Source: Octopus vulgaris (taxonomy: Eukaryota). Taken from it: 64,000 nt of DNA. A program made the translations under genes and the position numbers. The stretch lies in assembly GCA_951406725.2 (NCBI GenBank), contig OX597820.1, forward strand, positions 8,866,001 through 8,930,000, given 5' to 3'. The notes below the pieces were generated by a model, which saw only the letters and a program-made list of their open reading frames with translations, searched no databases and had not been told where the DNA came from. This document shows positions 1 through 11,722 of this stretch, one piece after another; within the stretch, counting starts at the first letter, position 1; each line of letters starts with the position of its first letter.

Positions 1-39
1 TGGTTAGCAAGCTACTTACCACACAGCCACTCCATATTA

Positions 40-330
40 TTATTTTTTCTTTGGTTTGAACTATATCCCTTATGTTGTTGTTTGGTCTTTCTTATCCAGT
101 CCTCTTACGATCTCTTCCACCTCCAATTCTGTCATCCACTTTATTTCCGTAATAACATTGGCTTCGTCTCCTAGACTCTGTTCAATCACTTTAAACATTC
201 TCTTCTCTACCCAAAGTGTCAACAACCATTTCCTATACCCACTTCTTTTAGGTCTACTTTCTAAGTAGCCCTGCATCACTATCCTATTTTCTGCACTGGT
301 CTACTTCCTTCTCCTTCCTCTGTTATCTAT
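40..330 (-). mobile_element. N-terminal fragment of an R4/Dong-like non-LTR element
   Basis: GYRKWLLTLWVEKRMFKVIEQSLGDEANVITEIKWMTELEVEEI resembles the N-terminal motif of R4/Dong ORFs. Recognised from memory only. Confidence 0.5.
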
Positions 331-953
331 TGATGCTGTCTTAGGGTACCTGTTGCAGTCAGTTTGCATCTGTACTGAACCACTGCTGAGTGAGAGGCCT
401 TCCCTTAAAGGTCCAGCTTCATTTTTGCTGTTACCACCAGAGTTTCCCATAAACTGAGGTAAGGTAATGTTTGTCCCCATCGTCAATGAAAGGCAAAGTC
501 GACCTTGGCGGAATTTGAACTCAGAATGTCTGTCGTTACGTTCTGAGTTCAAATTCCGCTGAGGTCGACTTTGCCTTTCATCCTTTCAGGGTTGATTAAA
601 TAAAGTACCAGTTTCGCACTGGGGTCGATGTAGTCGACTTAATCCCTTTGTCTGTCCTTGTTTAGCCCCTTGTGAGCAATAAAGAAAATATTATTCAATA
701 TCTGATAGTTTCAAGCAACTTTCTATTGCATCGCTTGCTACTTTTTTATACTATTGAAATGTGTGTAGCAGTTTTTTGTTGTTGTTTGGGGAGTGTTATA
801 TGGCATCAGTATGTTTTGTTATGGGGTTTAGTTCCAGGCTTCATTGCACTAGTGTTTATATTGTGTGTTGAGTGTGCAGTGAGGGTTGTGTTCCTCTTTT
901 GGGTACAAGGCTTCTACAGCACATGTTGTGGGGTTTGTTCATTTTATTGAGCA

Positions 954-1256
954 CTAGAAGTATCGCCCGGCGTTGCTCGGGTTTGTAAGGGAAATAACAA
1001 TATAAGCATTTTTAGAGAGTTACTTCCCTTATATAATAGCAAAAGAATGCATTAAAAATGGGAAAAAATGATGGTTAAATTTTTTTTTAATCGTAGACTC
1101 ATCGTAGACGCGTGCTAATACCCAGAAGGGCTCGATATGAATCATGACTATAAGATACCTGGTTTTGGTTAAACTGCACTGCAAAATGTGGGAGTAGTTA
1201 GGAATCTAAATCGCAGGAGACAGACACTCACACAACTTCACTTTTATATATAAAGA
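954..1256 (-). mobile_element. Non-autonomous Helitron
   Basis: Minus strand starts TC, has a subterminal hairpin CCCGAGCAACGCCGGG and ends CTAG. Inserted between A and T with no TSD. Confidence 0.85.
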
Positions 1257-1429
1257 TTTACTTTATGTGTGTTTTGGGAGGGTTGCATTACAGTGCTTAT
1301 ATATCACTTCACAGTGGTCATCGTCATCTGTCAATCATTCTTTCTTGATTTTGTTATTCATTTGGGCAGTGATATTAAGAGATGGGCCCATCTTTATAGC
1401 ATTAACTTTTTCACAGAACACCACATTTC

Positions 1430-1875
1430 TTAAAAACCGTGGTAGACGCCTTGGTCTTGGGACCATTCATGTCTAGAAACTGAGGTTGGGGGTAAACAAG
1501 GGCATGCTCCCCTTAGAAAATCCAGCTCTGAAAAAACCTCATGACAATAACAAAGAAGCATGGGCATCAGCCAACCCAACAGTTGGGGTGGGCTGCACCT
1601 TCAAAAAGGAAAATGCAAACCCTCATCCTGAGTTGTGCAAGCATGACTTGCCTTATGATGGCCAATGGCCTGAGGAGAAGTTTGGGGTGAGGCTGGGAAG
1701 TTGGAATCTGGGTAGTCTGTATGGAAGGGGAACTGAGGTGTGTGACGAATTGAGGAAGAGAAGGGTGGATGTGTGCTGTATGCAGAAGGCTTGATGGAGA
1801 GGCCAGGGTGCAAGATTTGTTGGGGTCAAAGGAAGAAGGTACAAGTTGTAGTGGTTGGAAAATGGTAAGGGGACT
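1430..1875 (+). mobile_element. RTE-like LINE 5' fragment (APE endonuclease N-terminus)
   Basis: RLGSWNLGSLYGRGTEVCDELRKRRVDVCCMQ..W.GQGARF is APE motif I/II, interrupted by stops. Confidence 0.8.
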
Positions 1876-2317
1876 TATGACATCATCATCATCGTTTAAC
1901 ATCCGCTTTCCATGCTAGCATGGGTTGGACGGTTTGACTGAGGGCTGGCGAACCAGATGGCTGCACCAGGCTCTAATCTGATCTGGCAGAGTTTCTACAG
2001 CTTGATGCCCTTCCTGATGCCAGCCACTCTCGAGTGTAGTGGGTGCTTTTATGTGCCACCGGCACGGAGGGGGCCAGTCAGGCAGTACTAACAACAGCCA
2101 TGCTCAAATGGTGTTTTTTATGTGCCACCTGCCCAGGAGCCAGTCCAGCAGCACTAGCAACGACCTCACTCAAATATTTTTTCATGTGCCACCAGCACAA
2201 GTGCCAGTAAGGCAACATTGGTAACGATCACGCTTGAATGGTGCTTTTTACGTGCCACTGGTACAGAAGCCAGTCAGCTGCTCTGGCAACAATCAAGCAG
2301 GGCCATCTACCTGAGCG

Positions 2318-2374
<57 letters not shown>

Positions 2375-2695
2375 CAATAATAAAAGGGTAAATTTAATTA
2401 ATTATTAATTAATTTTACCAAGTAGTGTTCAGTATGTAAAAGACCATTTACGGTATATTTAAAACATTACGTTATATAATTAAGGTTCAGTAAAATAATT
2501 TACTTTACCACACACCGAACTTTTAGAAATAGCAGCCAAAAAATCTTAGCTATTTCTTCTACTATAAGAAAAATCTCCCAGACAATGCATACTGAAAAAT
2601 AATTCACACAGGTATAGAGGGGAAAATAACGAAAGATCACTCGTACATATGATTACTTGAGAATGACCATTTCTGGATTAGTTGGATATATACGT

Positions 2696-2751
<56 letters not shown>

Positions 2752-2796
2752 ATATATATGTATATAAAATTTGATACTGATTAGAAGATCGAAAAT

Positions 2797-2839
2797 CCAC
2801 CTGAAGATTGTCGGAGCAGACATGAAACATTTGTAGTGG
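2797..2839 (+). ncRNA. Minimal type I hammerhead ribozyme motif (PLE-type)
   Basis: ccac-CTGAAGA-t-tgtc(ggagca)gaca-t-GAAA-ca(tt)tg-TA-gtgg: all three stems and both core boxes are present. Confidence 0.65.
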
Positions 2840-3542
2840 CGGTTTATTTCATTTATATTAAAATTTTATGTATTGATTAAGTCTTTCCTTGTTTGGTTTT
2901 AAAATAGTGGTTTTGTCTCGAATTATATTATATATATACATATATATATATTTTTAAAATGAAGGTGAGAAATTAGATATTAATTTAATTAACATCGATT
3001 TCAGACCAGTGGTCTAGCATATAAAAAAAACTGAAGGTTCAGTAAAATTGTATTATATACATATTAAAGGGAAACCACTATGTGGACACCCTTATGCTAG
3101 AAATCTATTTCTAGCAGATCTATTTCTAGCATAAGGGTTTCCACATAGTGGTTTTCCTCTAATATGTATATATACATATCTATATGTATATATATATATA
3201 TACTAGCTTAAAAACTGCCCTATCAGGCGACTTTTAAGCTAGTATATAGCTTTTAGGAGCTGACCCTGAATGGGAAGTTCTGCAAACAGATCTCTGACTT
3301 GTTTCGGAGAATTTGTTGCAATTGGTTCCTCCAGGGTCATATCCCAATGATGATCATATTCATAGCAAAAAAATCATGTAAAAAACAATCATCAAAATCA
3401 ATCACAGTAATGAAAAACATAAGAATCCAAAATTTCAGGATTGCAGATTCAGATTCAGCCCGGAATGTTTTTAATTTACTTTTGGTGTTCGCCTTTAGAT
3501 TATAAAAATTGTTATCGTACAAAAAAATTTGTTGCAAAAAGT

Positions 3543-3950
3543 CACAGGAGTGGCTGTGTGGTAAGTAGCTTGCTAACCAACCACATGGTTCCGGGTTCAG
3601 TCCCACTGCATGACATCTTGGGCAAGTGTCTTCTGCTATAGCCCCGGGCCGACCAATGCCTTGTGAGTGGATTTGGTAGGCGGAAACTGAAAGAAGCCTG
3701 TCGTATATATGTATATATATATATATATGTGTGTGTGTGTTTGTGTGTCTGTGTTTGTCCCCCTTGCTTGACAACCGATGCTGGTGTGTTTACGTCCCCG
3801 TAACTTAGCGGTTCGGCAAAAGAGACCGATAGAATAAGTACTGGGCTTACAAAGAATAAGTCCCGGGGTTGATTTGCTCGACTAAAAAAAAAAGGCGGTG
3901 CTCCAGCATGGCTGCAGTCAAATGACTGAAACAAGTAAAAGAGTAAAGAG
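3543..3950 (+). mobile_element. tRNA-derived SINE family A (about 410 bp, internal TA/TG microsatellite, GTAAAAGA tail). Other copies: 1-33(-), 20760-21068(+), 27974-28387(-), 33420-33832(+), 36024-36440(-), 39352-39778(+), 43243-43656(+)
   Basis: Head GGAGTGGCTGTGTGGTAAG...GGTTCAGTCCC (A/B boxes), then a CORE-like TTGGGCAAGTG. Multiple near-identical copies. Confidence 0.9.
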
Positions 3951-4163
3951 TATAAAAAAAAAATCGCTGAGAACAATTACAACAATGAAAACTTGAGAAT
4001 CCAGAATTTCAGGATTATGGGTCCAGATTTGGCCTGGAATGTCTTTAATTTACTCACAGAGTCAGCCTGATTCCAAAATGGTTGGGTTATGACCTCTAGG
4101 AGTAAAGTTGAAGAAGTGTAACACACTGACACTCACATTTATTATATTATTATGTTATATAAT

Positions 4164-4396
4164 AAGGCGGTGAGCTGGCAGAATCGTTAGCACACCGAGC
4201 GAAATGCGTAGCCGTATTTCGTCTGCCGTTTGGTTCTGAGTTCAAATTCCGCCGAGGTCAGCTTTACCTTTCATCCTTTTGGGGTCGATAAACTAAGTAC
4301 CAGTTACGCACTGGGGTCGATATAATTGACTTAATCCGTTTGTCTGTCTTTGTTTGTCCCCTCAGTGTTTAGCCCCTTGTGGGTAGTAAAGAAATA
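4164..4396 (+). mobile_element. tRNA-derived SINE family B with Nin-like domain. Other copies about 525-690, 14640-14795(-), 27075-27477 (tandem), 35260-35520(-), 36885-37119(-), 42218-42628(-, tandem), 44140-44350, 55115-55340(-), 60560-60750, 61475-61705(-)
   Basis: A box AGCTGGCAGAATCGTTAG, B box GAGTTCAAATTCC, and a Nin-type GTCGACTTTGCCTTTCATCCTTTCGGGGTCGATAAA..GTACCAG core. The 36885 copy has a 14-bp TSD ATAGAACAACAATA. Confidence 0.88.
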
Positions 4397-4682
4397 TATA
4401 TTATTATATTATATTATATTAAGGCAGTGAGCTGGCAGAATTGTTAGCACACTGGGCAAAATGCTTAGCGGTATTTCATCTGCTGTTAGGTTTTGAGTTT
4501 GAATTCCACTGAGGTCGACTTTGCCCAGTTATGCTCTGGGGTCAATGTAATCCCTTCTCCAAAAATATGAGGCTTTGTGACTCCAGTAGAAAGGATTTAT
4601 TAAAGGTGAAAAAGTAACACTCACATTTATTATATTAGAATGCTTAATTTTGGGGAAACTTTATTTCAATTAAAGTGTATTT

Positions 4683-4713
<31 letters not shown>

Positions 4714-5618
4714 ATGAATATATACATGTATTAAAGAAAGCAAAAAATAAAACAAAAATGATAGTGTTCAGTATGTTGGCCACAGGAATTTCTGTCAAAG
4801 AGACATGGTTAAGCAAAGTTGTACATCATCACCCTCTTTCTCTCTCTTTTATTATTGCACCCACCGCCACCATACAACAGTACTACTTTTAATAAATCAT
4901 CATCATCTCTCTTTCTCTCCCTTTATTTTTACTTTCTCTCTGTCTCCGCCACCACTCTCGCCGTCTCTATGCCTACTATTACTCTCACCCCATCATGAGG
5001 AATAGTAGGGGGTCTAAGTGAGACACACTGACACCCAGAAATTAGTTTTCACATTTATTATATTAGATATATATATATATATATATCATCATCATCATCG
5101 TCGTTTAACGTCCGTTTTCCATGCTAGCATGTGTTGGACGGTTCTACTGGGGTCTGTGAAGCCAGAAGGCTTCATCAGGCCCAGTCTTAACTCTGGCAGT
5201 GTTTCTACGGCTGGATGCCCTTCCTAACGCCAACCACTCCGTGAGTGTAGTGGGTCCTTTTTACGTGCCACCTGCACAGGTGCCAGGCGAGAGCTGGCAA
5301 ACGGCCACGAACGGATGGTGCTTTTTATGTGCCACCGGCACGGAAGCCAGACAAGGCGGTGCTGGCATCGGCTACGAGTCGGATGGTGCTTTTTACGTAC
5401 CACCAGACCAGGGATCCTGGCTGGTTCAATTCGATTTCGATTTCGCTTGCCCCAACATGTCTTCGCAAGCAAGGGGGATGGCATGGGTGCCTGTTGTACG
5501 GTCAGATTGGTGTATTTTACGTGCCACCGGCATGGAAGCCAGTGGAGGCGGCACTGGCATCGGCCACGAGTCGGATAGTGCTTTACGTACCACCAGACCA
5601 GGGAACCTGGCTGGTTCG

Positions 5619-5653
<35 letters not shown>

Positions 5654-5790
5654 TTAATTTTTTTAATTAAATAAATAAATATATATATATATGAATAAAT
5701 GGAAGAATGAAGTCGAACGAAGATGTTAAAATTTCGAGCTAAACGAATTTTCCATGCTAATGATAAACATAGGATAATTCATTCACCTAC

Positions 5791-5846
<56 letters not shown>

Positions 5847-6171
5847 CCCCGAATAATAGGATATCTGACTCGCTAGAAAGAGCAGTTAAAACTTTTACCT
5901 TAATTAAGGTAAAAGTTTTTATTTTCCAATCACTTTCGGAATTACAACAATTGGTGGCTTGGAGTTTTAACTGCTCTTTCTAGTGAGTCAGATATCCTAT
6001 TCTTCGGGTGTCTCTTTTGTGTTTGAACGTACACTGTACTCTTCTTTGAATAATATATAGTCTTTTGACTAATTTTTTCCTTCTCGCCAGACCACTGGTA
6101 ACTAAGAATTTTTTCGATAAACATTCTTGCTACCCCAAGATTTTAATTAATGATAAAATATATATATAATT

Positions 6172-6917
6172 ATAATTCTCTAAAAGAGATATAGACAGTA
6201 ACTGCTCGATAACATAAGGGACTAAAGCCATCTGAATATGGCTAGGGACAGGGCAGGGTGGTGGGGGTGTTACTGTTGCATTTAGCCCCAGGCGAACATC
6301 GACGTCACCAGAAAGGCTCGACACCGTCACGGTGTCCTTATCCTGCAAAGGGAGGTAATTCCCCGATGAAGCGGAAACCACACACGGACCATGGTTTCAA
6401 GGTGTATTGCCTATCGTCGGCGTGTGGTAGGCTTCCGCTTCCTCGACGAATTCTCACTCTGCAGGATATTCATATATAGATTTTCAAGCAAAATACATTT
6501 GCTGATTTCGAAAATCTGTTCGAAAGCAATAATAATTCTCTAAAAGAGATATAGACAGTAACTGCTCGATAACATAAGGGACTAAAGCCATCTGAATATG
6601 GCTAGGGACAGGGCAGGGTGGTGGGGGTGTTACTGTTGCATTTAGCCCCAGGCGAACATCGATGTCACCAGAAAGGCTCGACACCGTCACGGTGTCCTTA
6701 TCCTGCAAAGGGAGGTAATTCCCCGATGAAGCGGAAACCACACACGGACCATGGTTTCAAGGTGTATTGCCTATCGTCGGCGTGTGGTAGGCTTCCGCTT
6801 CCTCGACGAATTCTCTTTCTGGTGACGTCGATGTTCGCCTGGGGCTAAATGCAACAGTAACACCCCCACCACCCTGCCCTGTCCCTAGCCATATTCAGAT
6901 GGCTTTAGTCCCTTATG
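6172..6917. repeat. 284-bp direct duplication (6172-6455, 6532-6815) plus an inverted 102-bp partial copy (6816-6917)
   Basis: One mismatch seen between the direct copies (6303 vs 6663). The inverted part is the reverse complement of 6213-6314. Confidence 0.92.
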
Positions 6918-7324
6918 ATATATATAATTGTTAACAAGGTAAAATATATATATAATTGTTAACAAGGTAAAAATACACTCATCTATTTATATATATATAT
7001 ATGTACTTTCTTGGAAAAAGATGCATGGCGTTTGATCATATAATAATATAAATAATATATAAATATATGCATATATACATACACATATGCACATACCTAC
7101 ATCTATATGTATATATAAATGCATATATTGGTACAGGACATCAAAAAAAACGTTGAACACAATGAGAAACAAAAACATAAAAACAAAAACATAGAAACAA
7201 ACTTTTATTCGAACAACGAAAAAACAAACAGAGAAACAAGACATACAACACAAGGAATATTCCCCTTCTTCAGTTGCCCCTGCTTCATCTACTCTGCGTT
7301 TCAAAGACAAGGATGATATATATC

Positions 7325-10285
7325 ATCACTATTTAATGTTCATTGTCCATGCTGGCATGAGTTGAACAGTTGGACTGGGCCGACACACTGGCAGCCTGCA
7401 CCAGGCTCCAGTCTGATTTGGCATGGTTTTCTATGGTTGGATGCCCCTCATATTGCCAACTACTCTAAGAATGCAATTTGTGCTTTCACATGCCACTTGC
7501 TTAACACTGGGGTGTGTTTATGTGCTACCGGTAATTTGCATGACACTGGTATCTGTTATGACTGCGATTTTGCTCAGCTTGATGGCTCTTCTCAAGCACA
7601 ACATAATGCCAAAGGTCTTGGTCATTGCTTCTGTGTAGCCCAACACTGGAAAGGAACTCAGCCACTTTGGCTCCGTGAGGCCCACCACTCGAAAGCAACT
7701 CAGCCACCTTACCTCTATGAAGCTCAACACTCGAAAAGAACACAGCCACTTTGCCTCTGTGAGGCCCAACACTTGAGAGGAACTCTGCTACTTTGCCTTT
7801 ATGAGGCCCAACACTCAAAAGGAACTCAGTCACTTTGCCTCTGTGAGGCCCAATGTTCAAACGATGCTCTTTATGTGCCACCAGCACTTGGCTTAACAGG
7901 CTCTTTTAAGTACTGCATATCGCCAAAGGTCTTGGTCACCAGTCATTGCCTCAGTGAGGCTCAAAGTTCGAAGATCATGCTTCAGCAACTCATTCCATGT
8001 CTTCCTGGATCTACCTCCACCACAGGTTCCCTTCACAGTTAGAGATTGGCAATTCTTTATGCAGCTGTCCTCGTTCATACACATCACATGACTATGCCAA
8101 TGCAGTCATCTTTCTTGCACACCACATCTGATTCCTCTTATGCCTAACTTTTCTCTCGAGATGCTTACACTTTGTTGAACATGCACACTTACATTGCAAA
8201 TCCAGCAAAGCATACTGGATTCATTTTTTTCAAACCTACAAATGTCCTTGGCCATCACAGCCCATGTTTCACTGCAATGCAGCATAGCTGTTTGCACACA
8301 GGCATCAAACAATCTGCCTTTCACTTTGAGAGAGAGGCCCTTTGTTGCCAACAGGGGTAAGAGCTCTCTGAACTTTGCCCAGCCTAATCATATTTCCACA
8401 GCTAGGCTCACAGCATTCACCTCCACTACTAACTTGGTCACCTAGATAAGAGAAGCTATGTGCTACCTCTAGCTTGCACCCCTGGCAGTTGATGGATCTA
8501 TTTTCTGCACATATTCAGCATTTATTGTACCTGTGCACCTTCCACATACAAAAGTTAGCTTCCCGGCTAACCTTCCTCTGATGTTGCGGCACCTTTTATA
8601 TGTTCAAAGCTTGCACTGGGTGCACCTTATGGAGTTCCTACCTATACCTTGTCTACAGATTGAGCAGGGCCATCTACCTGAAAGGATTTGTGATTTGTCT
8701 GCCTTCCTATTTAGTAAGACTTTGGTTTTTACTAGGTTAACTCTAAGGCCCTTTGATTCTAGACCTAGCTTCTATACCTGGAACTTCTTCTCTAGTTCTG
8801 GTAGTGATTCAGCTAAAAGAGCAAGGTCATCAGTAGAAAGAAGCTCCCAGGGGCAGCGTGTCTTGAATTACTGCCTGGAGGACTATGATAAACAAGAGGG
8901 GGCTGAGCACTGATACTTGATGAACCCCTACTTGAATCCTGAATTCCTCACTGTACACATTGCAACCCCCCTCACCTTACTGGTAGCATCCCTGTACAAG
9001 GCTTTACTGGCTCTCACTAACCACTTGTCTATTCCTAGTTTCCACACTGACCACCAGATAAGGGACCGGGGGACCCTATCAAAAGCTTTCTCCAAGTCAA
9101 CAAAAGCCAAGTACAGGGGTTTATCTTTGGTTAGGTATTTCTCCTGCAGTTGCCTTACCAGAAATATAGCATCAGTGGTGATTCTTCCTGGCACAAAAGC
9201 AAACAGCATCTCATCTAGACTAACTCTCTCCCTAATTATTTGAGCTATGACTCTCTCTTTCTCTCTGCAACTTTCATCACCTAATCCAACAATTTGATGC
9301 CTCTGTAATTATTTCTATTTAAGGCATCACTTTTATCTTTGTAGCAGTTGACTATGGTACTGCTACACCAGTCATTGGGTGTGACACCTTCATGAACCAC
9401 CTAATTTACGATACGGGTGACTAGACCATAACCCACACTGCCAGATATTTTAAGCATCTCAGTGGTGATTCCTGATGGGCCAGGTGCTTTCCCTATCTTC
9501 ATATCCTTAATTGTTTTATCTACCAGAGTACTGTTGATTCAGGTAACTGGTCTCTCAATTGACTCAACATTTGGCAGACTTTCCTCCTCCCATTCATTCT
9601 CCACATTCAGCAGTTTTTGATAGTAGCATCTTCATGCCTCTTTCTTTGCAGACTCATTAAAAGCAAGTGCATTATCATCTATGCAGACACATTTCTCCAC
9701 TATGACATCACATCTTTCTCTCACACATTGTCTTGCAATCCAAACTACTTCAGTTCTTTGGTCCTCATGACACTGAACATAGGCAAACTTCTTTTCTGCT
9801 TCTCCCTTGGCTATAAATAAAGCTGTCTCTTAGCTTCCCTTCTGGCTATCTAACACAGTTCCCTGCTGCCCCCCACTCTTCCAGGCCTGTTTCTTTGTTC
9901 TAATGGCCCTGTCTATGCTATTGTTCCACCACCACATTATCCTAAGCCTGGAAGGGACTTTGCACCAACCACAGATTTGGTCTGTGGCACTTAATAAGCT
10001 GTCTTGCAGGAATTCCCAGTTGCCCTCTATGTCACAAGTTTGTAGCTCCTCCTTCCTCTCATCAAATTTCTCAATTAGGATGTCCCTAAATCTCTGACCA
10101 TATGAAGGGTCCTTAATTTTCCAAATCCTTCTTTCCAAGATTGTTCTGCTTCTTAGCATCCTTCTGGCCTGGAGTCTAAAGTCGCTAATGACTAAACTAT
10201 GCTGGGGGGTACATTCGTCACCTGAGAGGGTCTTTGTACTTAAGAGCAACCATGCATCCCACTGTCTGGTGAGAATGAAATCAAT
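7325..10285 (-). mobile_element. Degenerate RTE LINE copy (end of endonuclease through RT and 3' UTR)
   Basis: Frameshifted fragments QHSLVISDF, TTDAIFLVRQLQEKYL, KGRLFDACV and GTCGGGRSRKTW, homologous to the 48792 ORF. Confidence 0.9.
7623..7862. repeat. Degenerate 42-bp tandem repeat (about 6 units) at an RTE 3' end
   Basis: GAGGCCCAACACTC-like motif at 7635, 7677, 7719, 7761, 7803 and 7845. Confidence 0.85.
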
Positions 10286-11254
10286 GTATATATATGTAAA
10301 TATGCATGTGTGTATATATATATATATATCATCATCATCGTTTAACGTCTGTTTTCCGTGCTGGCACGGGTTGGACGGTTTGACCGGGGTCTGGGAAGCC
10401 AGGAGGCTGCACCAGGCTCCAGTCTGATCTGGCAGTGTTTCTACAGCTGGATGCCCTTCCTAACGCTAACCACTCCGTGAGTGTAGTGGGTACTTTTTAT
10501 GTGCCACCGGCACAGGTGCCAAGGGAGGCTGCTAGCGGCCACGATCGGTTGGTGCTTTTTACGTGCCACCGACACACACATACATATACATACATGTGTC
10601 TGTACACACATGTACAAACCATAAAAAGAGCCTCAGCTCTTTTATCCATTCCAAGTAGTCCATCTATAGCACCAAGGCAATGTTCTTGGTGCAGTGATAT
10701 TGGGTTGCTTCCCCTTCCGCTGTTAACTCGATAGTTTTGTGGCAACAATAAGGGGGAACGATAATCCCAGCAACTAAGAACAAATGTTCTCTACAGGTGC
10801 AACATTGTTACCTTTTGTTATGTTCTGAATGATCTCAGAATTCAACCAGTTAGTTGCCTACATAATGTTGCTATCTTAGTAATATGGACATGGAACAATG
10901 CATTGCCACTTATGTGGATTCCCAGTTCAGACACTGACTCAGACTCTAGGATTGCAGAACCCCATGGTCCCGTGTGTTCTAATAGTAATCATTTTGTATG
11001 TCAATACTGGAGTGCTTAGAACTTGTCGGCATTTAATTGCATATCGTTTTCTTCAGCCTACTTGTTTATTGCAGTCAAATTATTCTGTAGAGGCATCTTC
11101 AGGGTCAATCGATGCTCAGAATAAAGTGTACAGTCCAAAGACAAAACCAAAAATGACCTGCAATTAGTTTAAACCAAGGACACAAGAGTTTTTGTCCAAA
11201 TCCTTAAGTACATGGCCTCATTTTACTTTCATCTCTCTTTCATATTAGAGATAG

Positions 11255-11642
11255 GTGGAGGCGCAATGGCTCAGTGGTTAGGGCAGCGGACTCGCGGTCG
11301 TAGGATGGCAGTTTCGATTCCCAGACCGGGCGCTGTGAGTGTTTATTGAGCGAAAACACCTAAAGCTCCATGAGGCTCCGGCAGGGGATGGTGGTGATCC
11401 CTGCTGTACTCTTTCACCACAACTTTCTCTCACTCTTACTTCCTGTTTCTGTTGTACCTGTATTTCAAAGGGCCGGCCTTGTCACTCTCTATGTCACGCT
11501 GAATATCCCCGAGAACTATGTTAAGGGTACACGTGTCTGTGGAGTGCTCAGCCACTTACACATTAATTTCACGAGCAGGCTGTTCCGTTGATCGGATCAA
11601 CCGGAACCCTCGTCGTCGTAACCGACGGAGTGCTTCCATTCC
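11255..11642 (+). mobile_element. tRNA(Arg)-like-head SINE, about 385 bp
   Basis: A box TGGCTCAGTGG, B box GTTTCGATTCC, 11-bp TSD ATTAGAGATAG (11244-11254 and 11643-11653). Confidence 0.85.
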
Positions 11643-11684
11643 ATTAGAGATAGAAAGTGTAAAGTAAAATAGTTTAATACTTAC

Positions 11685-11722
11685 ATTGGTGAGCTTACAT
11701 CTTCTACAGCATCTTCAAATAT
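11685..11722 (-). CDS. Unidentified divergent gene, putative microexon (IFEDAVED, or IFEDAVEDVSSP- using the distal donor)
   Basis: Acceptor ttaacctttattcacag. Two tandem donors, GTAAGC after 11699 and GTAAGT after 11685. In frame with exon 15535-15582. Confidence 0.55.

Larger units (their letters stand above)
3203..5067 (-). mobile_element. Helitron-like mosaic interrupted by SINEs
   Basis: CTAG|T end with a hairpin at 3203-3245. Repeated TCTAATATAATAAATGTGA-type 5' ends near 4150, 4639 and 5067. Confidence 0.45.

Noticed and set aside
6357-6453. SECIS element
   Set aside because: ATGA is present but has no opposing GA quartet or correctly spaced apical AA, and no selenoprotein ORF is nearby.
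7362-8042. 226-aa ORF with 14-aa Cys/His repeats (apparent metal-binding protein)
   Set aside because: It is antisense to a decayed RTE and produced by the 42-bp tandem repeat.
10620-11160. Next exon of the divergent minus-strand gene (acceptor-like ttgcag at about 11160)
   Set aside because: All frames close within about 35 codons and no recognisable peptide or convincing donor is present.
11255-11335. tRNA-Arg gene
   Set aside because: It is the head of a SINE with a TSD and a second copy at 22941, and the cloverleaf is incomplete.
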